Shown here piece after piece: positions 52,486 to 64,000 of a DNA stretch of 64,000 nt; positions within the stretch are counted from its first letter, which is position 1; each line of letters starts with the position of its first letter. The notes under the pieces were generated by a model. The model was not told where the DNA came from. It saw only the letters and a program-made list of their open reading frames with translations, and did no database searches. The stretch comes from Dicyema japonicum (lineage: Eukaryota; Animalia; Dicyemida). Made by a program: the position numbers and the translations under genes. The DNA is taken from the NCBI GenBank assembly GCA_011109175.1, contig RDEW01000050.1, forward strand, positions 150,694-214,693. Direction: 5' to 3'.

Positions 52486-52952
52486 TTGTTAATATTAAGA
52501 TTTTACTTGACATTATTATTTTGAAATGAAAAAACTTTATCTGAGATAAGTGGATTATTAAGTAGCTAATAGCGATATTATCGAATAAAGCTGTGACAGA
52601 TCATGGATAGTCAATTAGATCACAGGAAAACCTCGGACAAAGGAGAGGAGGTTACTGAGAAAGGTCAGGATCATCTAATGTCTAGTTCGTAATAAAGAGT
52701 TAAAGACCATTTAAAGTTGGATAACCTAATTATTTCCATTAAACACTCTCTTCCTTGGTGACCTTGGTGTTATTAAGTGAGCCATAATGAGTTTGTTCCC
52801 AAGCCATATTTTTTTATTATAGCAAAAATCTAAATAAAGGAAATAGTGCATTATTTATTAAAAACCAAAATGTAAACTAAAAAACTTTTAGGCAATATAC
52901 TGCTTAATAATAATTATCGATTGATCAATGTTTCTATTTAAATAAATATGCT

Positions 52953-55900
52953 TTACTTTAAGACGACCTGTGTGGACAAGGGATTATAATACTCCTCCAT
53001 CACTTCATCAATCTTACCTTTCCATTCCTCACAGCAATACCTCCTTAGTGATTTCAACAGCTTATTAGGATAACAACACTAACCTTGGCAGAATAATCTC
53101 GCCTGCCTAGAATACGATTAATAATGTTATCAATAGTGGTGCTCCTTACTGATGTTTCTTCCCTAAAGAGCTACTATATAAAAGAAGAGACTACCACGGT
53201 AAGGAATCGAATGGCTACAGCCTCCACGGGGCCCTCATATCCAATCATCATTTCCACAATAATGCTATTCCAGCATGATTTTCTTAGTAAAACAGCTTAA
53301 CTAAATAGTCTTCAATACATTTAGTCGGGTCATTCTTATCACAGTGATCTAACAACTCCTCAATGCAGCTCACAGACATGCTCATAGTGAGGTACCCAAC
53401 TTCATCATTGCTGTCAACCTGCAATAATAAGGGATTTTACAATATTTAAACTTCCATGAAGCAGGAAAATCAGCTTTTGATGCTTTCTGAGGACTCCCAG
53501 TCGCTGTCAATGGGCTCCCACGCGTAGATTTGAGTGATTAGTGCCATTGAGGACAATTTTAGCCCAAGGAAGGGAGACCTAAGTCCATCTATGAGTTCCC
53601 TCACATTCGTCCTGTCAATAATGATATTCTAAATGACTTGATCACAAACCCTAAAGTCCTCCTCCTGAGTGAGTGAAAACAGAACATTAATTGAGGATTT
53701 AACTGAATTACTGTTTGTGGCTGAATAAATACTACAAAAAGCGTTAATGCAGGAGGAAATCACGCATTTTACGACTGAAATAAGCCAAAAGTAACCAAAA
53801 TCACGCTGTCTTGTCCTTACTGTTACACAAATTAACAAATTAAGCAACGACAGGATGACCATGTGATCAGAAAGTTGAGATTTATTCACGAGTTTGCATA
53901 CTAATTACATCACAAAGTATTACTGTTATAAACTAGGCTTATATTGTCATCAATGTGTTGTGAAGGATCGATTCTGATTAAAAGATCTATAGCAAGCGAG
54001 GAGACTTCACCAAATATGGCTTAAATCATTGTTTTTGATGATTTTATTCAAAACATTGATGACTGTGTGCGTCAAAGTGAGCAAGTGGGCGTCAAATTTC
54101 GTCACAGTGAGTGACTTTCTTACAATACTTAGGCATTTTCTACATATTTCTTCGTTTTCCGTTAATATCTTTAATACTTACAATTATTACTATTAGAAAG
54201 TTCAAAAGCTCCACATTCATTGTAAATAGGTACTTTTCGACTTCTTCTACGTCATCTCCAAGACACTGCAACCACTCAACCAACTATAATTATTATTCAA
54301 GCGTATACAGCACGTTGACAAACAAAGTAGTGCTTATGGTCTTCAGAATAAGCCAAAAACATTAATTTTACAAAATTATATGAGGGGAGGATGTCGAACT
54401 GTTTCATTTTTATGAAATCCGCCAACCCACATGCAATCATTACCATCGAACTGTCGATCACATTATAGCACACACTCGCCACTATTCTGTTTAGATCACC
54501 CACAGTCTCCACAAAGTGAGGACACTCTGTTATAATATTCAAATATAACAGCAAAACGTCTCCCAAAGAAACAATCCTACAATATCCACTAATGTTACTC
54601 ATATTTGAAGGAATATGCGGTAAAAATGACGAAATTGGCAAAATAAAACGAATCTTTGTCTGCCACCAGCATTTCCAGTAAGGACCTGGATGATGACTGA
54701 GTGATAAATATATCAGCCAATCGTTGAGTGTCCTCGACCGAACTGCCAACAAATTCTAAGAAAATGTTTAAATTTGTTAGGCAAAGTTCGTCATTTATTT
54801 TCCTAAAATGAGTTCTCTAAGCAACCCAAAAAGCTGTTGAATAGTAATCATGTATTCAAGAACTCCGTTTATTACAAGAAGTTGCTTTAATTGAGGACCA
54901 AACGAAGTCAGACCACAGATAAACAAATCTAAAAGACACAAATGAGTCTGTCCGTTTATTGATGATACACATTTCTATGATTACCGTATATTCCGTACTT
55001 TAATTACGGAAAACCAGTTTTTCACCAAAATATCGTAAAGCTGTGCATGGAAGCTAATATTTTCTGTAGTTTTAGTGTCTCTTTGTATGATTCTTATGTT
55101 CATTAATAAACTACCTTATTTCCTCAGTCCACATATTAATAATACTCCCAATTATTATATATTCATCAAAATGCAGTACAGAGTCGACCACGTGGGTCAA
55201 AAAGGTTGACCTAACAGTCTGGTCAATCACACATCTGTTGGACTCGTTCTCGTTTCTGTTGAGAAAGATTGATTACCTTAGCAATAAAGAGTAGCATTTA
55301 ATAGCCATATTTCGGGCTGTTTCCATGTTTAGTGACAGTTTTAGGAGGCCAACTGTAGTATTGATGGCAAAAAGTGAACCAAACAAGGCTACGTTGTCAT
55401 TATTTCTTGTTTAATTAAGGAATACTGACCTTATCAATAATTTGCTGATAATACTGATGGACAAAAGAATCAAACTCTCTCGGCAGATTTTGCAGGCAAA
55501 TTCGAGGCAATTTATCAACATTTCCAGTCCTGGTGAGCAAATAACAGAAACCTTGACTTTGTCTGCAAATAAAATCATCGGTATCCAACAGTGAAAACAA
55601 AATATTCAAGGACAGACTAAAATTAGTAAAATTCTACTCCAATATTTCAGGATTCTTAATCACCAGAGTCTCGAACACAAAATCTCCAAAAAATAATCCA
55701 TAAAACCAGTAAGTAAAGAGTCCACCATTTGTACGGCAAGAATGTGACCCACAGTTTGGTTAGAAATTATCAAATAGACAAATTTGAGCGTGTTTTTGAC
55801 GACTTCTTCGTTTTTATGGACTAAGTTTGATTTGAGTTTGTTTTCTATAGTAAATATGAATGAATCGTCCACACAGTACGGACTAACCCGTACAATTTCA

Positions 55901-56657
55901 GAGATGATTTCTGCGAGTTATCAATCAAATCAGTACTCAGTGATATGAAAGACTGATCAATTTGACAGTCGTTAAGCTTATCAAAAGAAACGGAAATGAG
56001 CATTTTGTAAAATTCTAATGGGTACTTTTTTCATTTCCTCCTCTGCGTTGGTTAGAGAAGACGTAGGACGTTTAGGATATTCATACAGAGAGAGTTGTCG
56101 GCTAACAGGTAGGAAATCCTGTTCAATAATAACCCTTCCTCTGTTTAATAATGAGTACTGCTCTGAGAGACTATCATGTTGAAGATTGGGACCGATTCTT
56201 GGACAGAGGCCAATATTTTGAGTCCAACCGGACAAGACTGTTCCCCCTCAAGCTAAATTCACAGAACAGTTAGAACCAGACTAGAAATATAATCGACGAC
56301 AAATTGGAATATGTTGTAATCTGTGTTTTTAGCAAGAATTGCCACAAGTACTAAGAATGTTAGATTATGATACTTTTAAGAGAGAACTGAGATAGTGAGT
56401 CATTTGTGATTCCAATGTTTTCTAGTTTATAGTCATTATTTCAACTAAGCAAGATTTTGCGGAATGTATTGGGATATTATTGTGTTTTGAATGTTATTTG
56501 AGTAGAAATTTGTATTTGTTATAATTTTGAATATATGCTGAAGTGACTCTACTTTCCTAATTTGTGATATTTTTGAATTTTCGATATCACAAATATAACA
56601 GGCAAAACACTTCCCTTGATGGAAAAAATTTGGAGGATGCAAATTGCAAACTATCAT
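52953..56657 (-). CDS. MEI1: MEI1/PRD1-like meiotic double-strand-break factor (ARM/HEAT-like), many micro-introns
   Basis: N-terminal HPP..CFACYICDIENSKISQIRK (cf. HDP..CLACALELL..VSLVRK); NLVHKNEEV..FLEIL; LMFLAY; C-terminal SCIEELLDH..P....WNSII (cf. GCLEALLDY..P....WNRFL); alignment from memory. Confidence 0.7.
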
Positions 56658-56777
56658 TTTGATTAATTTTCCCGCTCAAAATTAAATATTTTAAAAATAA
56701 TATCTGAATTTATTTAAAAATTATATAGATCTAAAAACTTAATATCTTAAAATATTGTCAAATATAATAATATATAT

Positions 56778-57330
56778 CCTTGGTGTAGTTTTCGACTCTC
56801 TGTTGACGTTCTCGAGTCACGTGGAGGAGGTGCTCGCCAAGGGTCTTCGGAAATGGAACATTCTGAATGCGATGATAAAGAAGAGCCCTTTCCCCCCGGC
56901 CGACTGCATCAGCAAGGTCTATTAACAAGTAATCATACCGACCATTGAATATGCCTGCTCCGCCTGGAGTTTGCGATTCCCCTTTCGAGAGTGGACCGTT
57001 TGAACTCCCTCAGGCGGAGAATTATGCACCGCACGGACATCCCCATTGGCGACCTCGTTTCTGATGAGACAACGTTGAAAAATGGCCAGGGTTTTCTACG
57101 TTTCTGCAAGGAACTGGGAAACCATGCAGAGGAATTTCGGTCGGTAATAAAAAAGTGCACACCGATCGAATTTTTTTGCAGAAGCAAGAGAAGACGCTTC
57201 CAGAGTGCGGTTGATCATCAGAAGACCAATTGAAGAGAGTCCGGATGTTGCTGGAAGCTGGGATCACCTAATTAGTTAGTTTTGACCTATCTTTCCTAGT
57301 GGTCTTGGGGTTAAATAAATAAAATAATAA
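56778..57330 (+). mobile_element. Ingi/Vingi-like LINE 3' fragment
   Basis: LGVVFDS.LTF, IEYACSAW, LLEAGIT*; (TAAA)n tail. Confidence 0.8.
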
Positions 57331-57354
57331 TATATTTATCTATAATAGCAACGA

Positions 57355-58060
57355 GCTGGAACTATGACAAATGCTTGACGAGCTCAACAAATGCTTGACA
57401 AGCTGGAACTATGGCTCTCGAAGCGGAGACTCGACGCATCAACAACAAAGTCTTCTGTCACGCTGTTTACCACTTACAAAAAACAGCTCTGTGTCGAACC
57501 AAAAATATTTATGAAGAACAAGGCTATTCCTATCAACAAAACACCGAAGATTCTGGGAGTCACCTTTGATCAGGGACTCAGCTTTATCCGACATGTCGAG
57601 AACAAAGTAACTTCTGCTTTGAAAAAATGAAAATTTTAAAAGTACTCTCAAAAACACTTAGAGACCAAACTGGTGGCCTTGCCACGATTTATGAACAACG
57701 TATGCAAGTCATTCGTGGGCAATGCAGATTTCACGATCCTCCTCATTGAAACTATCCACAATCGAGGAGATCGCAATAAGGATAATCGGACTAGAACACA
57801 AAATTGAAAATCTTTTAATCGAATAACAACGGAAACTCTTAAAGGAGGCTAGTTTACTGAGCTGCCCTCTATTCCATACACTATCGAAATATCTACAATC
57901 ATACAGAAAATTTTAAGCCGATGTCATGTCCAATGAGAAGAGCTGTTCAGGATTCTCGACCCCACCGAACTCGTCCTCTCCCTTGTCGGTCTGGGATCAC
58001 TTAGTTAGTTGAGAACTTTTTATTTCTTTCTCTTTAACCCAGTGATCCTGAGGGGTAATA
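57355..58060 (+). mobile_element. 5'-truncated LINE with TSD
   Basis: 13-bp TSD ataatagcaacga at 57342-57354 and 58061-58073; PKILGVTFD; (TAA)n tail. Confidence 0.8.
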
Positions 58061-58079
58061 ATAATAGCAACGAAGAATT

Positions 58080-58855
58080 TATTGTGCTGAAATCATTTGG
58101 ACTCCTACTGGAATCACCCAATCAGCACCGACGCGCTCGTTTGCTTTTAGGGGCTTCTCTGAAAGCGAAGCTTGGCTAAACGCCATCCCAAATAAAGCTC
58201 TGGGCACCTTTCTGGATAATGAATGAGTTAGAAGAGGTATCTCTCTGCGGCTGGGACTGAAAGTATATGTACCTCACCCGTGCCGATGTGGCATCCTGAT
58301 AGACTGCTATGGCCTGCACCCTCTCGCCTGCAAGAGGAGCGCTGGCAGATCTCCTAGGCACAAGGCTCTGAATGAGATTGTCAAGCGGGCTATGGATGGT
58401 GTTGATAATCGGCCATTCTTGAACCGGTCGGGTTATGCAGAAGTGACGGGAAACGACCGGACGGGATGACCATATTTCCCTTTGAGGCCGGGAAACCACT
58501 TGTTTGGGACGTGACATGTACAGACAAGTTCGCCACGAACAATCTTCACGAGTGCGCTTCAAGGGCCTGCTCTGCAGCAGTCAAGGCGGAGAAGGCCAAA
58601 CTCGAAAAATACGGCGACCTTCCCGATAATGTCAAATTTGTTCCTCTTGCTATGAGACTTCCAGATCCTACTCCCCCTCTATACTCGAGTTTTTCAGACA
58701 TCTTGAAAACCGGATCACTCATGCACTGGAGATCTCTGCGAACGCCGCTGGCTGTTTGAGCGAATTTCGCTTGCAATTCTGAGAGGGAACAGCCACGCAG
58801 TGAAGGCGGCAACTAACTAACTTATGTTTTTTAATAAAATTAAATTAATTAAATA
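58080..58855 (+). mobile_element. CRE-like 3' fragment
   Basis: AWLNAIP, GKRPDG, GKPLVWDVTCTD, AILRGNS. Confidence 0.85.
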
Positions 58856-59541
58856 AAAGCAACCAAGACTTACATCCGATCAGTCGTTTTGAAGATAACC
58901 CCAGAGAGTGTAATGATTGACCAATAACATGGCATAAAAGAGTCTGATAATGAGTTAATTTCTGATTTTAACCAATTTGTTGAAGTGGCATGTGATAGTT
59001 CGGAAGACATCCCATTATATTTTAAATGAAGATAAACGATCGACTCAGATTTGAAGGAGGATATAAAAATGAATTGGGAGTTAACTGCCTAAGGAAATAA
59101 GTGATTTTCATATTCACATGAATAGATGCAATTGTAATTAGATTAAGATTTATTTATGTGTGTAATAGCTGGAAATATATGCAAGGTATGAGAAACTATC
59201 AAAAATATATCTTTTTCAATCATTTATTCGTTCACATGGATATTTCAACTATATTAGTTAACTGGTTTCACATATGGTATTTAAACGGATAATTTTATCT
59301 TAAATTCGATATTATTGTATCGACAAACGATCATATTACTTTATTATTACTTCTGCTAGTGAAAAGAGGAAATCCTCCTGGGCAAGCACATGTCCTCTAA
59401 CATAAAATTAATACATTACGCGATTAAAATTCTTTAACCCATAAACCACTAATAGAACAAAATATCAAAATAAATCACAAAGTTGTTACATTTCTGAGTA
59501 ACACTTATAGAAATAAAATATCATGAAATAAGGACTACACT

Positions 59542-61017
59542 CATATAGTCGAGTCAATCTTCAAATGATAGGTCTCCCCCTTAAATAATGAACAAACTCA
59601 CCAAATAAGTCCTTTTCTCATACTCAGAGTAAAGTTTGTCATAAAGAACATCATTAGACTGTATTAACAGTTTAAGCGAGAAAATACTCAGAATCCTAAC
59701 AGTCCTACAGGCTCATATAAACTCATTAATACGGGTTCCAGTGAGTCTTCAATCTTTCAAAGGAGGAAAAAAAGACTTCTATCGACAAATCAGGCTCTTC
59801 TCTCATGAGACTAAGAAAGTAGTCATTATGCCAGAAAAGAAGGGTCCTTTCGGCAACTTGACAGTGAAGAGAGCACACACATTTTGATAGTCGTGTCAGG
59901 AGATCTCGTGAGACCAGTTTGAACTCTTTCAGGTTCGTCAGTGATAAAATCTCATCAACCTCCTCCAACATAATTAACTAACACGTGACTTAACGGCTAA
60001 CCTCCTTGGAGGTGTCTGACCTCGGCCAAAGTTTTATAATCCCCATCAGAACCTCAAATAATACACCAATAATCTACCTTTGGAGATAAGCAGGGATCTT
60101 TCCGTACATATTCCACCACACAGTACTTCAAAGGCTCCGAAAAGGAGGTCATTTTCGAATGTCGGTGAAGAGGCATTATATAATTGAACAGATACTCAAC
60201 GTGCTCGGTCTTTAATGGAGTAAGGTAGCCGTTGATAATGCTAAACCATCTACATGCCAGTAAAACCTCCCAAAAAATCCCAAGAGTTCCTCAACTCCCG
60301 CACAGTCATCATCTTGGAAGTAACAGAGTCTAAAATTAGCCATTAAATTGAAAACGATGACAAAATATGGGCAATTCTCTCCCTAATAAGAGATCTATGC
60401 CTTATAAATCGGCTGTAGATCACATGGAGACATCTTTGGAGTCTCTCCAGTTCAATTAAGGGGGCGGAACAGAAACGGCCGACAACCTTAAATCATAACA
60501 AGAAAGACAGCGATGACGAAGCTTTGATCCAAAAATCCGAAAGAATAACTTAAATCAGTGGAGGGAGACTCAATAAACAAAATCAAAAAGTCGTAAATGC
60601 ACTAAAATTACTTAAAAGTTAACATATCGGCAAGGCCACGTGGAGTCGATTTCAGTTGAATCCTCAGTTGCATGGATTTTATTGGTGACCCCATTCAACC
60701 TGCCGAAAAACAGAATATTTTTAATCTCTGTAATTAATAAGGTAATACAAAATTAAGGATGTCCTTGTAGCATTCAATGGGGATAGTGTACTCTGAAAAT
60801 AAGATTTGAGTCAAATTCACGAATAATAGACGACAGTTGTTATAATAATTTAATTCATGTTGATTTTGCACATGTTTAGAAGGAAAATTCAGACTGGCTA
60901 ATTGTTTCTGTATTAAAATTCCCCTTTCCTCATTGGTGGAGTCTTTAATAGTTAAGTCAGAGTACCGAAAAAGTCCCTATTATTTATTGTGAAATCGTCA
61001 AGATTAATGCCATACAT
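59542..61017 (-). CDS. PPP2R5: Divergent PP2A regulatory subunit B56 (PPP2R5 family); ends approximate
   Basis: DSTWP, LHVIYSRF, GVEELL.FFGSIING, MPLH, LWPR, SKCVCSLHCQVAERTL.FWHN, KTHWN. Confidence 0.85.
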
Positions 61018-61079
61018 GAACAAATATAATAATTTTCAAATAAATGTATTATAGTTATTATTATATAATTTAGGTTTAT

Positions 61080-61790
61080 TATTATTATTTATTTATTAAC
61101 CCCGGATACACCGAGAAAGAAGTTAAAGTAACCAAAAAATTATATAATTTAGGTTAACGCAATTTATTGAAAAAAGAAAACTAGTTTTTTAGTTAAAAAA
61201 ACAGGATTGCGAAGACGTTCCCTCTGATCACTGCCATGAGCTTCTGCTTCTACCAAAGTCCTTCGCGAGGCTCACATCTATTCTAAGCAAACCTTCATCC
61301 GATAATGTAGAGAAAGGAGTCAGTCACCTCTCCCACGGTCCTGGAAGTCTCCATCGCAATAGGAATGATTGTTATCCCTGATTGATTCATACTTTCGGAT
61401 TTTCCAGAACTCCGCCTTGTCTGTCGCGTCTCTAGGTGAGTGTGTCGCCGTCATCGATTTCTTAGGTTGTTTAGGTTTGTTGGATTTTGAAATAAACGTG
61501 AAATTGTAAACTGATCTGGAAATTTCGCGTCAACTGTGAAGCCTTTGGAAAATAAAGGATGTCTGCCTGATATATCCAAAGCTTTCGACAGTGTGTGGCA
61601 TCTTGGTCTTCTTATTTGTCCTGCAAAATGTGGTGTTGAAAAATGACTTTATTTTTGGATACGAAGTTTGCTCTCAGACGATCAATTGTTACTTTTTAAA
61701 CATGAGTATCGTGAAATTTGGCCGAGAAAGAGGTGTCCCTCAGGGTTCAGTACTCAGTCCTATATTATTCAACATTGTAATGAGAGTATG
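61080..61790. mobile_element. Short LINE/CRE fragments (- at 61080-61460, + at 61560-61790)
   Basis: IRGNVFAI; DISKAFDSVWH, GVPQGSVLSPILFN. Confidence 0.6.
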
Positions 61791-62066
61791 TTTGTTTAAC
61801 ACTTCTGCATCCAACCACCTAGTTGAGGTGGTGATGATAGATCTGAGCAAAGAGGAAACAGAGAGTGAGAAGTACTCTTCTAGTATAGAAAAGTCTTGAA
61901 GGCAACGTCCATTTGGTTACACATTACAATGTATAGTTGTAAATTCTCGGTTGTTGGTGATAATACATCTTAGACCTGAATTCTCTACATTTTAATATAT
62001 GAATGTCGTCAATACAACAAGAATCGTACATTAATCACAACTCTCACATGTAAATAAATAATATTA

Positions 62067-63073
62067 TCAGTCTAACTCTCTCCCAATTCTCAGCCATTCG
62101 GGAACTACGGGGACACTAACCTTGTGGTGAAAACTTCCATCATCACTATCAGACGAACTTGTAAACAAAGAATCGCGTGATTTTAATAATTTTCTGGCAT
62201 TCACTACAGCAAGAATATATTCTTCAAGAACTCCAATGACGGTCCCAATTTTGTGTCCATCAGCAGAACAGACAGGGTATTCAGGAAGGACCGGGTTCTT
62301 CAAATCCCTCCTTACTAAAAACCACAAAAACCTCTCAAATCTAAGACCAACCACAAAACGAGTCGGTTTGGAAAAGGTCACAAATTTAGCAACAAACTCC
62401 TGTCCAATATAGCATCCTTTATCATTTGAGACTACAAAAGTAACCTCATAATTCAACTAGCATTGAGTAAATCAAAATTAAGAGCAAATGGGCGGTATTC
62501 TCCAATGGGGATCTCTTTGATCCCTTCAGCGACTCCTATCGAATATCGCGTTCGAGTATACTCCTCGTCGTCACCACTAAAGCAGTAATAATTAAATAAA
62601 CTGATCCGTAACATTTTCTCGAATACTTCTAAATCCGAGACCATCCACACGTGGATCCCTGACAGACATCAAACCACGTGGTGATTCGTTCGGACTCCAA
62701 CAAATATTCAAATTATCAACAACATCAATCTCAAATATTAATAAAATAATACAAAAACGTGTTTTCTTAATTTGTACTTCATAATATGCTTTAACAGAGA
62801 ATCGTGCACGTGCAAGTCATAATCGAGGAAATAATCCTGGTTTAATTTATAGATAAACAAGTCAAACATTACATAACCCTGAATTTATGGCAAACAAAAC
62901 ATTAATATTAAGAAAGCACGTGTACATTGCTGCCATATTTTTCAATTTCGAGATATCATTGGTTTGAAGTCCCTGAAGAAACGACAATGCATCATTCCAT
63001 ATATTTTGGTAATTTTTCGACCGCTTAATTTTCTTATTTGTTTGAAAGTATTAAATGCAACAGAAAATGACAT
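62067..63073 (-). CDS. IBA57: IBA57/YgfZ-family mitochondrial Fe-S assembly factor; apparent 1-nt frameshift near the 5' end
   Basis: DALSFLQGLQTND, FLNINGYVMFDL, RDPR, YSIGVAEG, KGCYIGQE signature. Confidence 0.88.
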
Positions 63074-63224
63074 AAGTTAATTTAATTATCAATTAAATAA
63101 AATTATAAAATCATTTAATTGGAATTAAATATAAAAAAATTAAATTCAAGGGACGAGTCTTTCCAACTGGTATCAGTTGAGACCTCAAAATTCACTGTTC
63201 CGTTGGCACTTTTGACGCCAACAG

Positions 63225-64000
63225 GAACTTGCTTCGAGCTCTCCTTTTTGCAAATCGAACTGACCTTGCTCTCGTCCAGGAATCCAAACTCTCGCCCTCC
63301 ACGCCAACACCTTCTTTCCTCAGTTACACAGTGATCCGTAAGGACCATCAGGGAAGACCAGGTGGAGGCCTACTCACAATAATAAATAACGGCATACCCT
63401 TCATTGACGTGAGTCGACGGACCTCAGAACTTTTGGTCTCATACGATACCATGGACCAGATTACCATCAAAATTGAGATATTCCTGTCTCTTTGAAATAA
63501 TTTGATTAACCTATACATTCCGCCAAAAAGACCTGCCAAAAATCCTATAGCTTAAACCTACCTCGTCTCTCAGCACTAAAGAACGTTTTAATATGTGCCG
63601 ACCCTAATGCCCGCACCTCGTTTGGCGTGCTTCACAGTCCTCTGACTGCCTAGGCTAGTTAATCGCAAATATTCTTATTGATATGATTGAGGAGCACTAG
63701 TAGCTGCATTTCTCCCTATTTAACCTCATGTTCACTCTCTTTAGCAGGACTTGATACATGGAATGTGAATTATGGTTTTTCCAGCAACCATAATCCTATC
63801 CTTCTTATGTTAAGAAGATTTCGGAGACACCGGACGCAGACTGAAACGAAAAGTTTCGAGAACTATAAGAAGGTTGACCGGTCTGGCTTCTCTGACTTCG
63901 TTGACATGGAATTGGTCACAGGACTCTCGTCTCATATACGCCCGATAGGTGAAGCCGCAAAAATCATCAGTGTGATCATTCAAAAGGCTAACAACATATT
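63225..64000 (+). mobile_element. Ingi/Vingi-like LINE endonuclease fragment (same family as 45030-46340)
   Basis: LRALL...ALVQESKLSPS.PTPSFL.YTVIRKD...GGGLL. Confidence 0.8.

Noticed and set aside
55150-55200. HVVDSVLHF resembling the bacterial RadA/Sms motif (possible HGT)
   Set aside because: No Walker A or KNRFG motif; it is an exon within the MEI1-like gene

Overview
This is AT-rich eukaryotic nuclear DNA in the standard genetic code (TAA/TAG/TGA are all used as stops). It comes from an animal with extremely short GT-AG introns, mostly 19-28 nt. The best fit is a compact parasite genome such as a dicyemid; this is inference, not a database match. Ten host genes can be rebuilt by hand across the micro-introns: SMG5-like (-), TSG101 (-), QKI/STAR (-), a RhoGAP (+), a divergent H3.3-type histone (+), RACGAP1/CYK-4-like (+), FBXO16 (+), MEI1-like (-), PP2A B56 (-) and IBA57 (-). 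Roughly half of the window is nested, mostly decayed transposons: Jockey/I-type, Ingi/Vingi-like, RTE-like, CRE-like (restriction-like endonuclease), R4/Dong-like and L2/Daphne-like non-LTR retrotransposons, a Ginger/gypsy-type integrase, hAT elements and MITEs, and a Mutator-like element. Many have readable target-site duplications (TSDs). Main points of interest: (i) a picornavirus-type 2A StopGo peptide (CGDVETNPGP) in front of the endonuclease of a LINE; (ii) two successive insertions of one LINE family into the same site inside another LINE's RT gene, the second with a twin-priming 5' inversion structure; (iii) a RACGAP1 orthologue lacking both the catalytic arginine finger and the C1 domain while keeping the PLK1/ECT2 motif; (iv) a retained MEI1 meiotic double-strand-break factor; (v) a strongly remodelled H3.3 variant; (vi) micro-introns whose 3n members nearly all carry in-frame stops. 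I found no rRNA, CRISPR array or convincing tRNA. Family assignments come from remembered motif similarity, not from searches, and boundaries of decayed elements are approximate.
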